64,000 bases of DNA from Rhina ancylostomus (Eukaryota): positions 58,946,478 through 59,010,477 of the forward strand of contig JARFYF010000002.1 in assembly GCA_030265395.1 (NCBI GenBank), read 5' to 3'. This document shows positions 36,615-50,245 of the stretch, piece after piece. Under the pieces are notes generated by a model. The model was given only the letters and a program-made list of their open reading frames with translations, did not search any database and was not told the DNA's origin. The translations under genes were made by a program, and so were the position numbers. Every line of letters begins with the position of its first letter. Positions within the stretch are counted from its first letter, which is position 1.

Positions 36615-37345
36615 TCATTAATAGCATTCTTGGCTCTGAGTCATGTGGTTGTGGATTCAAGTCATTGTTTGGGGATTGAAAATAAGATGAAGGTTGGTTC
36701 TTAAAATATGAGTACCTTGTTGTGACCTTGCACCTTATTGCACTGCACTCTGTAGCTGTGACACTTTATTCTATACTGTTATTGCTTTTTTTTACCTGTA
36801 CTACATCAATGCACTCTGTACTAACTCAATGTAACTGCACTGTGTAATGAATTGACCTATACCATTGGTTTGTAAGACAAGCTTTTCACTGTACCTTGGT
36901 ACAAGTGACAATAATAAACCAATACCAATACGGCATATACACACATGCACATTGTAGTTGGAGAGAGTGGAATAAACAAGATGTATTTTACAATTTTCCA
37001 TGTCTCTTATATTCCTGACATTACATGCAGTTGGAATAAGAATATGAATGTATTGATGCGAAGTGAAGAAATGCTTTTTGATGAAGTATGAAACCAAAGC
37101 CCCATCTACCCTCTTAAGTTGGGTTAAAAGAAGCATTTCAAGTCAGAGCAGTTCTTCCTGCTGTCTTGCTCAATGCTAGTCTCTCAGCTGACATCATTTT
37201 CTGGTTGTATTTTGGGATATTGCTGTGTGAAATCGTCATCACAAGGCTTGGGGTTATAATAGTACTGTGAATGGGCTGTATAGCTCTTTGGGATTTCTTG
37301 TGGATTTGTAAGGTGCCATATAAATCAGAATCCTTCTTTCATTTT
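36615..37345 (+). mobile_element. Deu-type SINE interrupted by a Rex1-type 3' tail (36710-36932)
   Basis: Head AGCATTCTTGGCTCTGAGTCA...GGATTCAAGTC; Deu-like GATGAAGTATGAAACCAAAGCCCCATCTACCCTCTTAAG; L2-like tail AAGGTGCCATATAAATCAGAATCCTTCTTTC. Confidence 0.6.
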
Positions 37346-38053
37346 TATGTATTTAAAGATTGCAGACCTGGAAAGAGTGAGCAATAACTGCTGGTTTTGC
37401 TGTTGATACCTATACCTTAAAAATGATTAGTTAAAATATCCTGGAAAATGTTTGCTTTTTCTACTGGGAACAATTAAATCACCATGAATGACCTCAGTAA
37501 TTCTTGTGAAGCATCACTAACATGATCTCTGGTGAATGGTTACTTTGTTAAAAACTTGACAAAACAATATTTCATATACAATAAGCTATTGGTTACTTAT
37601 AACACAAGATTGAACAGTTAACTGCTCCATTTCTCAGTTAGCAGGAGTGAGCACTGCCAGGTTGATTGAGCCCTTTTTTGGATTTAACTCATCTACTGCT
37701 ACCAATTATGTTAAATACCGTGCCAGGAAAAAAAAATGTCAAGCCTCAATAAATTTCAATAGAAGTTGAGGAAATCTATGGAGACCATTGTAATTGAAAA
37801 GGGTTAAGTTCTATTCTAATCATCTTCCATAATACAGACACTTCTAACTATCTTTGGAAGATAATCACTTATAGGGAACAGCTGTAAAATGGAATCAGAA
37901 GTTATTGGAGGTGTACAGCAGGCCCATTAATATCTAAAAAGAAAACAGACAGATTAATACTTTGAGACATGCAAGGGAAGCCTTAACAAACTGGGGGCCT
38001 TTGCATTAAGCCATACAAATTGCAAAACATTATGATAAAATATTACATGAGGT

Positions 38054-38152
38054 GTTGGCCTTGGCTCAGTGCAAGCACTCTCACATCTGAGTCAGAAGGG
38101 TATTGAGTTCATCCCACTCCAGAAACTTAAGCACGTAATCTAGGCAGACAGG
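38054..38152 (+). mobile_element. Deu-type SINE head fragment
   Basis: GGCCTTGGCTCAGTGCAAGCACTCTCACATCTGAGTCAGAAGG...CCCACTCCAGAAACTTAAGCAC. Confidence 0.65.
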
Positions 38153-38364
38153 CAATTAGACTTTCACCTGAACTAGCTACTTTTCATTTATGCTACACAA
38201 TTGTCCGTGTCTCATTCTCAGCCACTTCAGGACTCATCCTCTCTTTGATAACTTTCTCCTCAGGTTTGAAGAGAACAAATTAGCAAATATGACCACCGTC
38301 ATTTGCTTCTCATCTACAAGTGGTAATGCGTTTCGGTCAGGTTCCACCTCCCCTTTTAACTGTT

Positions 38365-38520
38365 CATTTGCACAGATGTGCAATGTTTGTGGCAAAAAGC
38401 AAACTACTAGAGGAACTCAGCAGGTCAGGCAGATCTGTGGAGGCAGAGGGGTAGAAGACATTTCAGGTTGAGAGCCTACATCAGGACTGAGAGTGTAGAG
38501 GGGAGATAGAGGGGAGTAGG
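38365..38520 (-). mobile_element. Penelope-type terminal unit with degenerate hammerhead (38451-38490)
   Basis: Minus strand CAGTC-CTGATGT-AGGCTCTCAACCT-GAAATGTC...CCACAGATCTGCCTGACCTGCTGAGTTCCTCTAG. Confidence 0.6.
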
Positions 38521-39560
38521 ATACTGGTAATGGTCAGTGACTGGAAGATTATTTACATGGACTTGGTGTTCTATTGGACTCAGTGCTGGGTTCCCTTTTT
38601 GTGGTACATATCAATGCTTTGGACTTAAATACAGGAGTCACAATCAAGATATTTGACAATGATACCATAGAACCATAGAACAATACAGCACAATACAGGC
38701 CTTTTGGCCCACCGTGTTGTGCTGCCCATCAAACCACACCTCACACCATCTAACCCTTTCCTCCCGCATATCCCTCTATNNNNNNNNNNNNNNNNNNNNN
38801 NNNNNNNNNNNNNNNNNNNNNNNNNNNNNNNNNNNNNNNNNNNNNNNNNNNNNNNNNNNNNNNNNNNNNNNNNNNNNNNCTCTTAAACTCAATCCCATGA
38901 CTTATGAAAGCTAGCATCCCATAGGCCTTCTTAACTGCCCTATCCACCTGCGTGGCCACTTTCATTGAAAATCAAAATTGGCAGTGGTTTACTGGTGAGG
39001 AACATTATTGGACAGGTCAGTAGTATAGCAAATTAACAAACGAAATGCATTCCAGAGGGGTATGAGGTTAGAGGAAAGCAAACAAAGTAAGGTAATATAT
39101 GATAAAGGGAATGGTACTTGAAGGGAACAGAGGGACCTTGTTCACAGATTCTTGAGTGCTGGATTTTTGCCTTTAGTGGCCAGGATGGAGAATATAGGAA
39201 TGGAAAGGTTATGCTGGAGACACATTTATTAGGCTAAAGCTAGAGAACTGAAAACAGTTCAGGTCATCACGTTGCAAGGATGTGGCGAAAGGGAAGGGTA
39301 TGACAGCATCGGAAAATGTGTGCTGGCAGTGGAGATTCATGAGATTGTTTTCAGAGTTGGGTTGCCTAGTTGGTGTTGCTTTCTTTGAATTATGAAGGCT
39401 TAGATCAGGCAAATGGGAAGCATCTATCTTGCTTAGCAAAAGGTATTGATTTTAAGGTTGTTGCTAAAAGGTTTATGGGGAGTTGAAGAAAAATACTTTT
39501 ACCCCAAAGGTCATGGCATTCAATCTCTCTGCCAGGGAGGGTGATGAGGACAGAATCATT
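38520..39560 (+). mobile_element. Degenerate CR1 ORF2 fragment with an oppositely oriented younger CR1 3' piece at 38663-38965
   Basis: GVLLDSVLGSLF-like VPQGSVLGP remnant; nested minus piece has (ACCATAGA) tail and KVATQVDRAVKKAYGMLAFISHGIEFK. Confidence 0.7.
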
Positions 39561-42500
39561 AAAAAACAACACAGAATGTGCTGTAGCCTACAGGACCTCG
39601 GACTGAGAATTCAGAATAGATTAAATGAACGTGATTGGCTGAATGATATTTCTGTGATATTGTTATACAGCAATTCATACCATCATCACCTCTGGTTTCA
39701 CTCACACCACTGCTGCCAACAAACTCTGCAGTGGCTACTCTAAAGACAGTGAGCACCATTTATTCCACAGAAGTAGGGTCTTGGAATGCCAGTGAACTCC
39801 AGCCCTTCCAGTACTGGAATGTATAAATTCTGTTGCACACAAACATCAAATTCAAATGGCACCCATAAATTCACTTACATCCTCAAGTTACAATTAAAAA
39901 CACATAAAAGAAATCATCACTTCACAGCTCAAATTAAAAACTATTTAAACATCCTGTTCTGTGCTTAGAGCAGATGGCATGGTAATGAGTGAATGAAGCA
40001 TGACAAAATAGGTCGAGATTATGTTCGGCTCATTGATTGTAGTTTGAATATGCCTGTAGTCCTGGAGAGTCTGCAGTTATCAGTATTTCTTGAAATAATC
40101 AAAAAACTACTTGACTAGATAACTTGTTTCAGAGTCTGTCGTGTTGGCCACAACATGCCTCAGGCACTATCAGCATTTGCAGTGCTGTTGTCTAATTTTG
40201 TTATCATTTTGTTTCCTTTCGGAACTTTCGTAGAGGGTGTTTTGAGACATGATGACAGTGGTGTGTACTTTCTGCTCCAATGTCTTTCAAAATCTCACAA
40301 GAAATAAAGGAGAAAGTGGGAGAGTTAGAACAACAAAACTAATAGTTTGTTCTTAGGACAATATATTGTACTGTATACAAACTTCCTTATGGTTGGAAGT
40401 GAGAAAATAAGTGAAATTCCACAGTGGCTTTGCAGAATGGCAGATAAAGTTTATTCACCCCTGTTCTTGAATGAACTATCTTTATCTTTTAGGGCTGTTA
40501 AAGTGGAGAATGAAAATAAGCTTGGGATCTTGCAGTGGTAGTCTTTTCCCACAGCTCATGTATTCACATGCCACTTCGCTCTACTTTAAAAAAAAGATTT
40601 TCTCTCTTTTTCCTCATTTTTCTTCCTTTACAGACCACCCACCGCCACACATTTTTCACCATCCAGTAGGCGCACTGACCTTAACCACAGACCACTGTCA
40701 ATGCCATTCTGTTGCTGAGCAGCACAAGACACGTGATGAAACAGATGATATCAGTTTACCTCCTTCCCAGCCAATACAGAATGCTCAGCTTCTGTGCTCC
40801 ATGTAATAACCTGGCATAAATGGACATGAGTCAGCCATCTGAGGCAAGTGAGATTTCTGCCAAATATTTGAGAACTTAAGCCTGCAACCTGGCTGTCAAT
40901 CAAAGGCTGAACCAATAGAAAAAAAATGAAGCTCTGTACAGAGATGAATAGGTTAATTTAGGCTTTAGGATTATGAATCTCAGTTTGTTTTCTGATGAAT
41001 CTGACACCTGACAAAAGAATGATGACCAAAAGATATTGCAGAACCCTTCCTTAGGAACTCATTGTGTTGTATGGATTACATGTCTCAGTATACATATTCC
41101 CTGGAAACAATTGGCTAGATGGTTGAATGAACTTTTCATCATACCGGCTTGATGCTCACCACAACTGGCATAAAGCCATTAGAGAAATGAAAAGCCCTTA
41201 TACCAATGACACACATTATTAACAGAACTGAGATTGTCCTGTATACCTCCCACTCACAACAGAAGCTCAACGATATTAAATCCACAATTAGAGAGCATAT
41301 ATGTCATACAAAACTATGAATCCTTGTAGAATATTGGAAATTTGCATCAGTCCCATAGTCCGGATACATATGAACATGTTGCTAATAAAGTTATAATCTA
41401 CTTTCCTAAAAGTTCATAGTATAACATTTAGTTCTGCAAGGAAGATTCAGCCAAAAAGTACAGGTGCTCAATTTTGCATTTTAACCTTATTTTAGACAGG
41501 AGATAAAATAGTTATATTTGCTTTTTGATTAAACTATTGGAACCAGTAAGGCAGTGCATTTTCTCTAAGTAGTTAATTGGACGGCAAAATTGGGTAAAAT
41601 GTTAACTCAAAATATAGTGAGCCAGAAATTACCTTTGGACACACTAGTGAAATACTTTGTGTGCTTTTGCAGGTGAGTTAACCCATTTAAAATAAACAGG
41701 TTAATGCCTCCATTAAATTAGAAAAGAAGTGTTGTACAAATCTGATAAGTATTCCCTTGGTTATATCACCAGCTGTAATTGCTAGGCTCTCATTTAAAAC
41801 AGTGACTAAAATTTCCAGAGTAACCAATTGGCAGAAGGTGAATTTGTAAACTGAATTTAAGTGCTACACACAAGAACAGGAATGGTCTACATTCCTTAAA
41901 GTGAGAATCTGAGTTAAGTGGCTTAAATCAACAATTTTTAACTAGACTGGTTGGTCTTGATATCAGGACTTTACAGGAACATTTTGATTGAATGTGTAAT
42001 TTAACGTTGGTGGAGCTGATGACGAGAAGCTGTGCCCCTCAGACCAATTATCCAGGAGATGTTTCAGAAATAAATGGCAATGTGTTTTGCAGCCAAACTT
42101 TTGACTGCAGCAAAAAAAGTCCTTTGCTCTGCGTGGGTTCAGATTCCTGTATATCCAAAATCATATCCTTTGGCTCGTATTTTCATGAGACTGAGAATTC
42201 TCAGTTCCAACAGGCCTACTTTTGGCAAATAGAGGCCTTGCACTATATATAAAATTGGAGTTTTGAAACCTGATTGAGGTATGTTCTGCCAAAATGAGCT
42301 TTGTGATCTCTATATTTGATCACCTCCACTCAGGTCTGACCATTGTTAATCATTTTAGATTTCTTGCAAACTTTCAGGCTTACTAGTCACTGTATTACTG
42401 CTCTAGTAAAATTCACAGATTGTGGAACAATTTTGGAAATTCAGAATTCCCTCTGCCTTGTGGACCAAATTCTGACACCCACATGGGTGTGCTGCTTGGT

Positions 42501-45089
42501 TTGCGAAATTAACGGAGGTGAAGAGTGGGAGGAAGACCAGCAACTCAGCAAACCAAGCATGTAAAGTTACCAGCAATGGAATATTACATATCAGCCCAGT
42601 GCAACAGATGGGGTTTTGATTTTCTGTCTCTGCTTGTTGTAAAGCAGTCTGCGCAGTCACAGCTTAGTTTTTAACAAAAGCACTTGTTTACCCATGTCAT
42701 TCAGGGCACTGCACTTCCTGGTGTGGGAAATTAAAGTGCAGTATTGCTACATTGGGATGGACATTTCAGGAGTTAAATTACATTAGAGGCAGTGTCGAAG
42801 TATATTTAGTATGTATTTGGCATGTGCCAAACTTGGAATTTTGATATTGATGAGAGATACAAGAAAATGGATACATGTTTAGCTGACCAGCAATAATTTT
42901 CTTTATGTTTATAATACTGTAAAAACACATGTAACACAGCCCTCAGGATATCTAAGGACCTGATGAATAGGTGCTGGAACATTTTCTCAGAGCTCCTCCC
43001 ATACAGCCACGATACCTTCATCAAAATGCAACATTTAGTAACTAGGCTTACTAACACATATCCAGCTAAGTTTTGACAGTGCAGCTAGGCTAGCTCTGAG
43101 AATATTTCTGACCTATGGACTTTTTCAAAAGTTGTGAAGGAAACCTGTTATATTAACACAATTGCCTTGAAATATACCACTTGCCACATTTGTATATGAA
43201 CTCTAAAAGAAATAGGATTTTGCTGATATTCTGTTGCTCTTAATAAAAACCACACACATAAGGAATGACAGGAAATGTAGGATTTATTCTGTCTGGTCTA
43301 ACTTGAGTCTAAAGATAGCTAAATCATTCTAAAGAGGAATTAACTTGATCATCCCTGTTATATTTGTAATAGATTTTTCCAATGTTATTTTAAAATAATA
43401 TTCTTTCAATATTTAAAGAAGACTTTCACTGGAATTTTCTTAAAGAAAACTTGGCCAATGAGACTGTGTCTTCTAATTTGATAAACGTAACGGAGTCTGC
43501 TAAGAAAAGAATGTTTTATCTAATTTGAACGTTAATTTATAATGACGAGAAATTAAACCTGCTGAGGCAATGTTGAGTGAGACCAGCTGCATTAACAATA
43601 GCCAAGGGTTTCCTCAATTACTACATTATGTGGAGCAAGGTTGCTAACTTAATTTTGATTATAAAAAAGGAATTTCTCCCATTTTCCTTCCTTTTGTATG
43701 AGTAACGAGCTACTCTATATGAATGTGACTGTGTTTCTTTCACAAAGCAATGATGCTTTCTAGAAACAACAGCTTTTGTTTTGTTAATATTGTACTAACT
43801 GCTAGAGAAGCAGAATGCTCCAGTTGTGGAAGGACCAACACTCCTGGGGATGACTTAACATTTGCTTTCCACTTTGTACAGGTTTGTGGCAGTAAAGAAA
43901 GTTCATATGTGTAGTGAGGAGAAATAAAGTAATAGGTTCCTCCTTTTTTGGACAATCCAGTAAAGTCACAGACCTGTTACACATGTTTGGCTTTGTGCCA
44001 ATATGCACCACCTATCCATCATTTAACCCTCATTACCTAGATAGAGCACAACAAAAATTTTGACTCTTTCTACTGAAGACATAAATCAGTAAATTAACAT
44101 TTGTTGCAGAAAATAATTCAATTTGTGTTTTTGCGAATTATTTATTGTCATGAGTAAATGAAGGGTAAAACCGCACTTTAAAATATTACTATTCAATTTG
44201 TACCAAAACCAAAAAATATGAGAAGGCCCAGCTGCTCAGTCAATGTCTCAAACAGAGAAAGTAGATTACTCTTAGTAGTGATTCCATATCATGGAATATA
44301 AACTTACTTTCTCTCTCAAGTGCTGATGTCCTTATTTACTTTTACTCCAGATTTCTAATAATTGTGATTTTTCTTTTTATAGTAACTTAATTAATTCTGA
44401 AAATGTACATGGATTCTGCAAATACCCTGCCAGTGTACATGTCATATGTGGTCTGGCAGTGGTAGCTCTGTAAACATTACACCATCAAATCCTCAAAGCT
44501 TCTGTGACATCTTGAATAGTAGCAAAACGACGTGTCATTGTAATGATTCTGGTAAATAAATCCAAAAGTCAAAGTTCAAATATTAAAGGAAAACATTCTG
44601 AATTCCAAGCAATCTCTGCGAAGCACATGGAATTAATAAATTTCAAACTCCTGGTACTAATTAATTTTCACTCTTCCATCAATTGAGTAAAACTTAGTTA
44701 CTCAGTGACTATTCCAGGGTTAGTTACTCAGAAGCTGTTCTGGATTGTCTGAGTTAGTCAGTGACTGATCCAGCTTGTCTTCTTGCTTTGAGCCATAGGG
44801 GTTTAGTTATGGTGATAAACCTTGCCAGCTCTTGTTGTTGAGCTTGGCACTAGTGCCAGAAATACAACCATAATCAGACGTAGGATGTTAGGACTACCAG
44901 ATTATAGAATTATTGATTGAATACAAAATAGTTTGATTGAAATACCTACTCTTCTCTCCAACTCACACTGAAAGCCTCTGAACTAATCTCAACTTTGCCT
45001 TTTTACTCATCCATTTTCTCCTCTATCTTCTGAAGGCATTAACTCCTGTCTATTATTGCATTCTATATGCATGAACGCAAGCTCTGCCT

Positions 45090-45325
45090 GTATATTGCAG
45101 TTTAGCTACTGAGGTTGCGGTGACCTTGGTTCTGGAGTGTAGTTGTCATAGTTTGAACAGTTTCCATTAATTCTGAAGATTAGCTCCACTATCACTGGAA
45201 GTTTGTTGGTTGTGAGATGCAATCTCATGAAAAAGATTAAGTGTTGGGGCAATAATGCAGCCTTGTTTGACACTGGTCTTCACTGAGATTGGTTCTGTTT
45301 CAGACCACTTGACTGGTACCATGGC
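45090..45325 (-). mobile_element. RTE (BovB-like) LINE RT fragment
   Basis: Minus translation ETEPISVKTSVKQGCIIAPTLNLF matches RTE F.V.TGVKQGCV.APTLF. Confidence 0.7.
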
Positions 45326-45439
45326 TTACTTGCTGTCATGGAGCAACCATAGGATGGGAACAGAGTTTTGTTGGCAGCCAACCTTTGATCCATCCAGCAA
45401 TCTCAACCAATTCTTGATATCATGGAATGAATGAAATCA

Positions 45440-46045
45440 ACAAAAGTTTCAAGTTCCTGGACGTCAACCTCTCAGAGGATCTATTTTGGGCCCAACACAA
45501 TGATGCAGTCATGAAGGCAGCATGCCAGTGTGGCTCTGCTTCATTAGGAGTTTGAAGAGATTTAGTATGGCACCAAAGACTCTTGTAAATTTCTGCATTC
45601 TGACTGGTTGCATCATCACCTGGTATGGAGGTTCCAATGCTCAGGAAAGAGGCTGCAGAGTGTTGCAGACTCAGCCAGCTCCATCACAGGCACAACCCTC
45701 CCCACCATCGAGGCCACCTTCAAGAGGTGGTGTCCCAAGAAGGTGGCATTCATCATTAAGGACTGTCACCATCTGGAGCATGTCCTCTTCGCATTACTAC
45801 CATCAGAGAGGAAGTACAGGAGCCTGAAGACTCACACACAATGTTTTAGCAACAGCTTCTTCATTTCTCTCATCAGATTTCCGAATGGTCCAGGAACACT
45901 ATCTCATTATTCCTCTTTCACACAATCTATTTATTTATTTTTGCCACCTATAGCAATTTTTATGTCTTGCACTGTACTGATGCTGCAAAGCAAAAAAACT
46001 CATGACGTATGTCAGTGATAATAAACCTGATGCTGATTCTGGTTT
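45440..46045 (+). mobile_element. Rex1/Babar LINE 3' end
   Basis: SFKFLDVNLSEDL, ILTGCIITWYGGSNAQER, LFALLPSERKYRSLKTHTQCFSNSFF; tail GTCAGTGATAATAAACCTGATGCTGATTCT. Confidence 0.9.
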
Positions 46046-46149
46046 CTGGAGTTGGAGTACAAAAGGCATGCCAAAACCAATACCATACATCCTTAAAAAT
46101 GTTAAGATGCCAGCCTAGCGAAGCTGCAATATGTCTATGTGTCGTCCTG

Positions 46150-47245
46150 GTACAACTGATGTCAATGGGTATCAAAAGGGAAACACTCCAATGTTTGGAG
46201 TCATGCTTTTCACAAAGTAAAACGTTTGTGGTTATTGGAGATCAATCATCCCCACACAAGGACATTGCTGCAGACTTTCCTCAATCTCATTTGTCAATCT
46301 CAATATAAGCTCCATCATCTTCAATCAAAAAGGGTTCAACCGTGACCCTCCTCCCATCATGTCAGAAATGGGATTTTTCACTGATGATTGCATAATGTTC
46401 AATTCCATTTGCAGCTTCTCAGCAAGTGAAGCAGTGCATGACAGCACGCAGGAAGACCGAGACAACATTCAGGCATGAGCTGAGAAATGGCAACTAACAT
46501 TTGTGCCACAAAAGTGCCAGGGAATGGCCCTCTCCAGAAAGAGAGAACTGAACCATCTCCCCTTGATATTCAATGACATCATCACCAATGCGAAGATCTG
46601 CACCATCAATATACTGGGGTTCATCACTAACCAGAAACTCAACTGAACCAGCCACATAAACATAATGGCTACCAGAGCAGTTCAGAGGATGGGTATCCTG
46701 AGGCTAGCAGCTCATCCCCTGAACCCCAAGGCCTTTCCACCATCTACAAAGCAGAAGTCAGGAAGTGATGGAATACTCTCCTCTTTCCTGGGTGAGTGCA
46801 GTTTCAGCAACAGTCAAGGAGCTAGACGCCATCTAGTTTAAAGCATTTGTACCTCATCTCTTCCTCTAAATACTCATTCCCTCCATCATCAGCACACAGT
46901 TCCCACAATGTGCAACATCTAAAAAGTGCACTACAGCTACTCACCCAGGCTCCAATATCATCTGCCAAACACACAACCTCGACTACCAAGGATAATCGCA
47001 GCAAATGCATGGGAACGGAACACAACCACCTACAGGTTCCCCTCCAAGCTGCACGCCATTAATGACTTGGAAATATTATTACCAGCTGAGCCTAAATCCT
47101 GGAACTCTCTCCCCAACATCACCGTGGGAGCAGCTTCCCCAGTTGGACTGCAATTCAAGAAGGCCTTCTCTAGGGCAGTTGGAGATGGGTAATAAATGCT
47201 GGCCATCCAGAGATGCCCAGATCCCTGAAATTAATAAATAAAAAA
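46150..47245 (+). mobile_element. Crack/L2-group (CR1 superclade) LINE, 5'-truncated, with 3' tail
   Basis: LMSMGIKRETLQCLESCFSQSKTFVVIGDQSS..DIAADFPQ, GFFTDDCIMF (RT FADD), tail GGGCAGTTGGAGATGGGTAATAAATGCTGGCC...AATAAATAAAAAAG. Confidence 0.8.
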
Positions 47246-47734
47246 GATCATGCTTAGATGAAGAGAACCAATTCATCAGCTGAAGGAGGATGATAGAGTG
47301 CACTTGGTTGATGTTTTATCTGATACCATCGGACTTAATGAGGTCTGGAGTTAATGTCAAGGNNNNNNNNGTTAATGTCAAGGATCCTTAGCTCCACAGG
47401 ATGGGTGGATCAGGACTTACATGGGAATGGAAATGGAAGAGTTGGGTGCATTTAGCTTAAAGATATCAATCTGTGAGTGTATTTACATCAATTTATTATG
47501 TGACCAGTCTGTGGGATAGATTTTCCAATCTTGCGTTCATCCCCTAACATTATCAAGGAAGGCTTTGCAAGTTTAACTGGGGTGGATTTGTCTTTGTTGG
47601 GTCTGGTATCTAAATTAATGCTGGTTGGTCCATCATCTTTGTTTTTGTGAATGTTTTTTGTAGTGTATTGATTGCAGAATGGCTTGCAGGCCATTTAGAG
47701 GGCAACAAAAAATTATGTGTACCAGAGCATGTAA

Positions 47735-47900
47735 TGTGGCAAATCTCCTACCCCGAAGGACATTAGTGAACCAAACTGGCTTTTACCACAATCCGGTAGT
47801 TTCATGGCCACCTTTACTGATAATAATATTTTATTCCATATTTATTTAATTAACTGAATCTAAATTCCTCAGCCGCCATGGTGGGATTTGAACTCATGTT
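47735..47900 (-). mobile_element. tRNA-derived SINE fragment (same family as 8655-9745)
   Basis: GAAGGACATTAGTGAACC...ATTTATTTAATTAACTGAAT...GCCATGGTGGGATTTGAACTCATG. Confidence 0.7.
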
Positions 47901-48294
47901 CAAATCTCCTGTAAATGACCTCAAATTCATTGCCAGTGGGTTCAGTGGCTTTACTTATCAATGCTTATCTCTCCTACACAGAAAAGTCAAGGAGCCAGAC
48001 TATCAAAGCTTGGTTCCTTGTCTGATGTGATCTCAGAGCTGCAGGAGTAGTTATTTCCCAGTGGTTGAACCTGCGGTTTGTTAATCGTCTCCTTTCCTCC
48101 CTCTGTGAAGCACTATTTTTCCCATTAGTCGGACTTCCTGTCAGTGAGCTGCCTGCAATTTGCTCAGGTCTGCCTGCACCTCAGCAATAAGGGAGAGGAA
48201 GTGAGCACGAAGGAAAGTAATCTGGAGCAAGGTAAAACAAAGCAGGCAAAGAGAAAAGGGAATGACAATAGTTTTTTAAGAAGGGAAATTGAGA

Positions 48295-48642
48295 GATAGA
48301 ATCATAGAGAAATACAGAATGGAGATGGGCCCTTCGGCTCATCAAGTTGACACTGACTATTAACCACCTATTAATACTAATCCTTTATTAATCCTTTTTT
48401 TAATATATTCTCCCTACTTTGTCCCCAGCTGTCCCCAGATTCTACCACTCACCTACACACTTGGGATACTTAGTGGCCAATTAACCTACCAATCAACAGT
48501 TCTTTGGGATGTTGGAGGAAACCTGCACGATCACAGGGAAAATGTGCAAACTCCACACAGACAGCACCCAAGATAAGGATTGAATCCAGGTCTTTGGCAT
48601 TGTGAGGCAGTGACTCTACTAGCTGCACTAATGTGCTGTCCA
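48295..48642 (-). mobile_element. V-type (HE1-like) SINE with CR1-like tail
   Basis: TAGAATCATAGAG tail, GTGGCCAATTAACCTACC, GCAAACTCCACACAGACAGCACC, GGATTGAATCCAGGTC (B-box complement). Confidence 0.8.
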
Positions 48643-49002
48643 TGAGATGGAAGATGTACGTATGCAAGTAACAGAAATCTGAAGAAGGACTCCTTATTTA
48701 CTTTAGTCAAAGCTAGATTCTTCATTCACTATGCAGACCTTACATTTCAACTTCAGAATAGGGCTGGACTTTCAGTAATCAGATTGACAGTGGAGACCCA
48801 CCTTACAGAAAGAGTACCCCAATAAGGCTTAGCATTGGACTAGGCCTCTACCACTCTGGGGTACCCACTTGGGTGGCTGGGCAGCAGTGTGGTGAGTGAA
48901 CAAGAACAACATCAGAGCAAAGATCAAACTAGAGGACAGTGGAGATTAAGATGTTGGCTTGTTGCTGAATGCTGTTGCACACAGCTGGTTAAAATTACAG
49001 AA

Positions 49003-49085
49003 GGTGGTGGCGCAGTAGTACAGCTAGCAGAGCTGTTGCTGCACAGTGCCAGAGACTCAGGTTCAATCATGACCTTGTGTGCCAT
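49003..49085 (+). mobile_element. SINE tRNA-like head fragment
   Basis: GGCGCAGTAGTACAGCTAG...CACAGTGCCAGAGACTCAGGTTCAATC. Confidence 0.6.
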
Positions 49086-49089
49086 GATC

Positions 49090-50245
49090 TAACTACCTTG
49101 GAGTCCACTTTCCTGTCCTCTCCCCATAACCCTTCAATTCCCTCCTTGATTAAAAATCTATTTATCTGAGCTTTGAATATATTTAAGATTTAACCTCCAT
49201 GCCTTCCTGGAGCAAAATATTCCAAAGATTCACAAACCTTTAAGACTCTTTATTCTAAAACCAGGTCCTCTGGTCTAGACTTCAGCATGAGAGCATTTAC
49301 ATTGGTAAGACCCCTCAGAATCTTGCATGTTTTAGTAAGATCATCACTCATTCTTCTGAACTCCAGTGAGTAAAGAATCAACCAGTTCAACCTTTCCTCA
49401 TATATGGCAATCCCTCCAGACCCAGGATTATCCTAAGGAACCTTCTCTGAATTGTTTCCGATGATATTATATCCTTTCTTAAATAAGTGGGCCAGAACTG
49501 TACATCATAATTAAGATGGGCTCTCACAAGTGCCTTATTTATTTGCAGTAGGACTTCCCTTATTTTATACTCCCACCTCCTTGAAATTAAAGTTACCATT
49601 CTATTCATCTTCCCAATTACCTGCTGCTAGCTTTCTGTGTTTCATGTATAAGAACACTACAAATACCTTTTTGCTGACACTTTCTGCAATCTTTCTGCTT
49701 CATCATTCTTCCTTTCAAAGTCAAGAACTTAACATTTACCCACATAGTAAACTTTTGCCAACTCCTCTGTAAACTGTATCCTCCCCACAGCTTGCTTTCC
49801 CTTCTTCTGTTGTATCATCTGCAAATTTAGTTCAGCACATTTACTTCCTTCCTTTAAATCATTAATTTATATTGTAAACACCAGCCCTGCTGGTACAGAT
49901 CCCTGAAGTGCCCATCAGTTACAGGTTGTCAATCTGAAAATGACAGCTTTATCCTGACTCACTGCTTCCCATGAGTTTGGCAATTCTCTCTCCATGGCCA
50001 TATTTCCTCCAAGGCCATGAAATCTCACTTTGAAAAATAGCCTTTGGTGATATACCATGTTGAATGTCTTTTAAAAATCCAATTATATTATATCTACTGG
50101 TTCTTCTTTATGCACATAGAGAACTCCAAGATACCGTTTCCCCTTCATGAAGCCATAGTCAGATTATAACCTTACAAGTGTTTTGCTATGACCCACTTGT
50201 AATGGATTCTAACATTTTTTTCCAAATAATAGGCAGTAGGATAAC
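49090..50245 (-). mobile_element. CR1 LINE ORF2 3' part (continues at 53737-54115)
   Basis: Minus ORF WEYKIREVLLQINKALVRAHLNYDVQFWPTYLRKDI..ETIQRRF; KFADD complement (GTATCATCTGCAAATTT) near 49812. Confidence 0.85.

Noticed and set aside
47350-47383. 13-bp direct repeat GTTAATGTCAAGG around a short N gap
   Set aside because: Typical contig-overlap artefact, not a TSD
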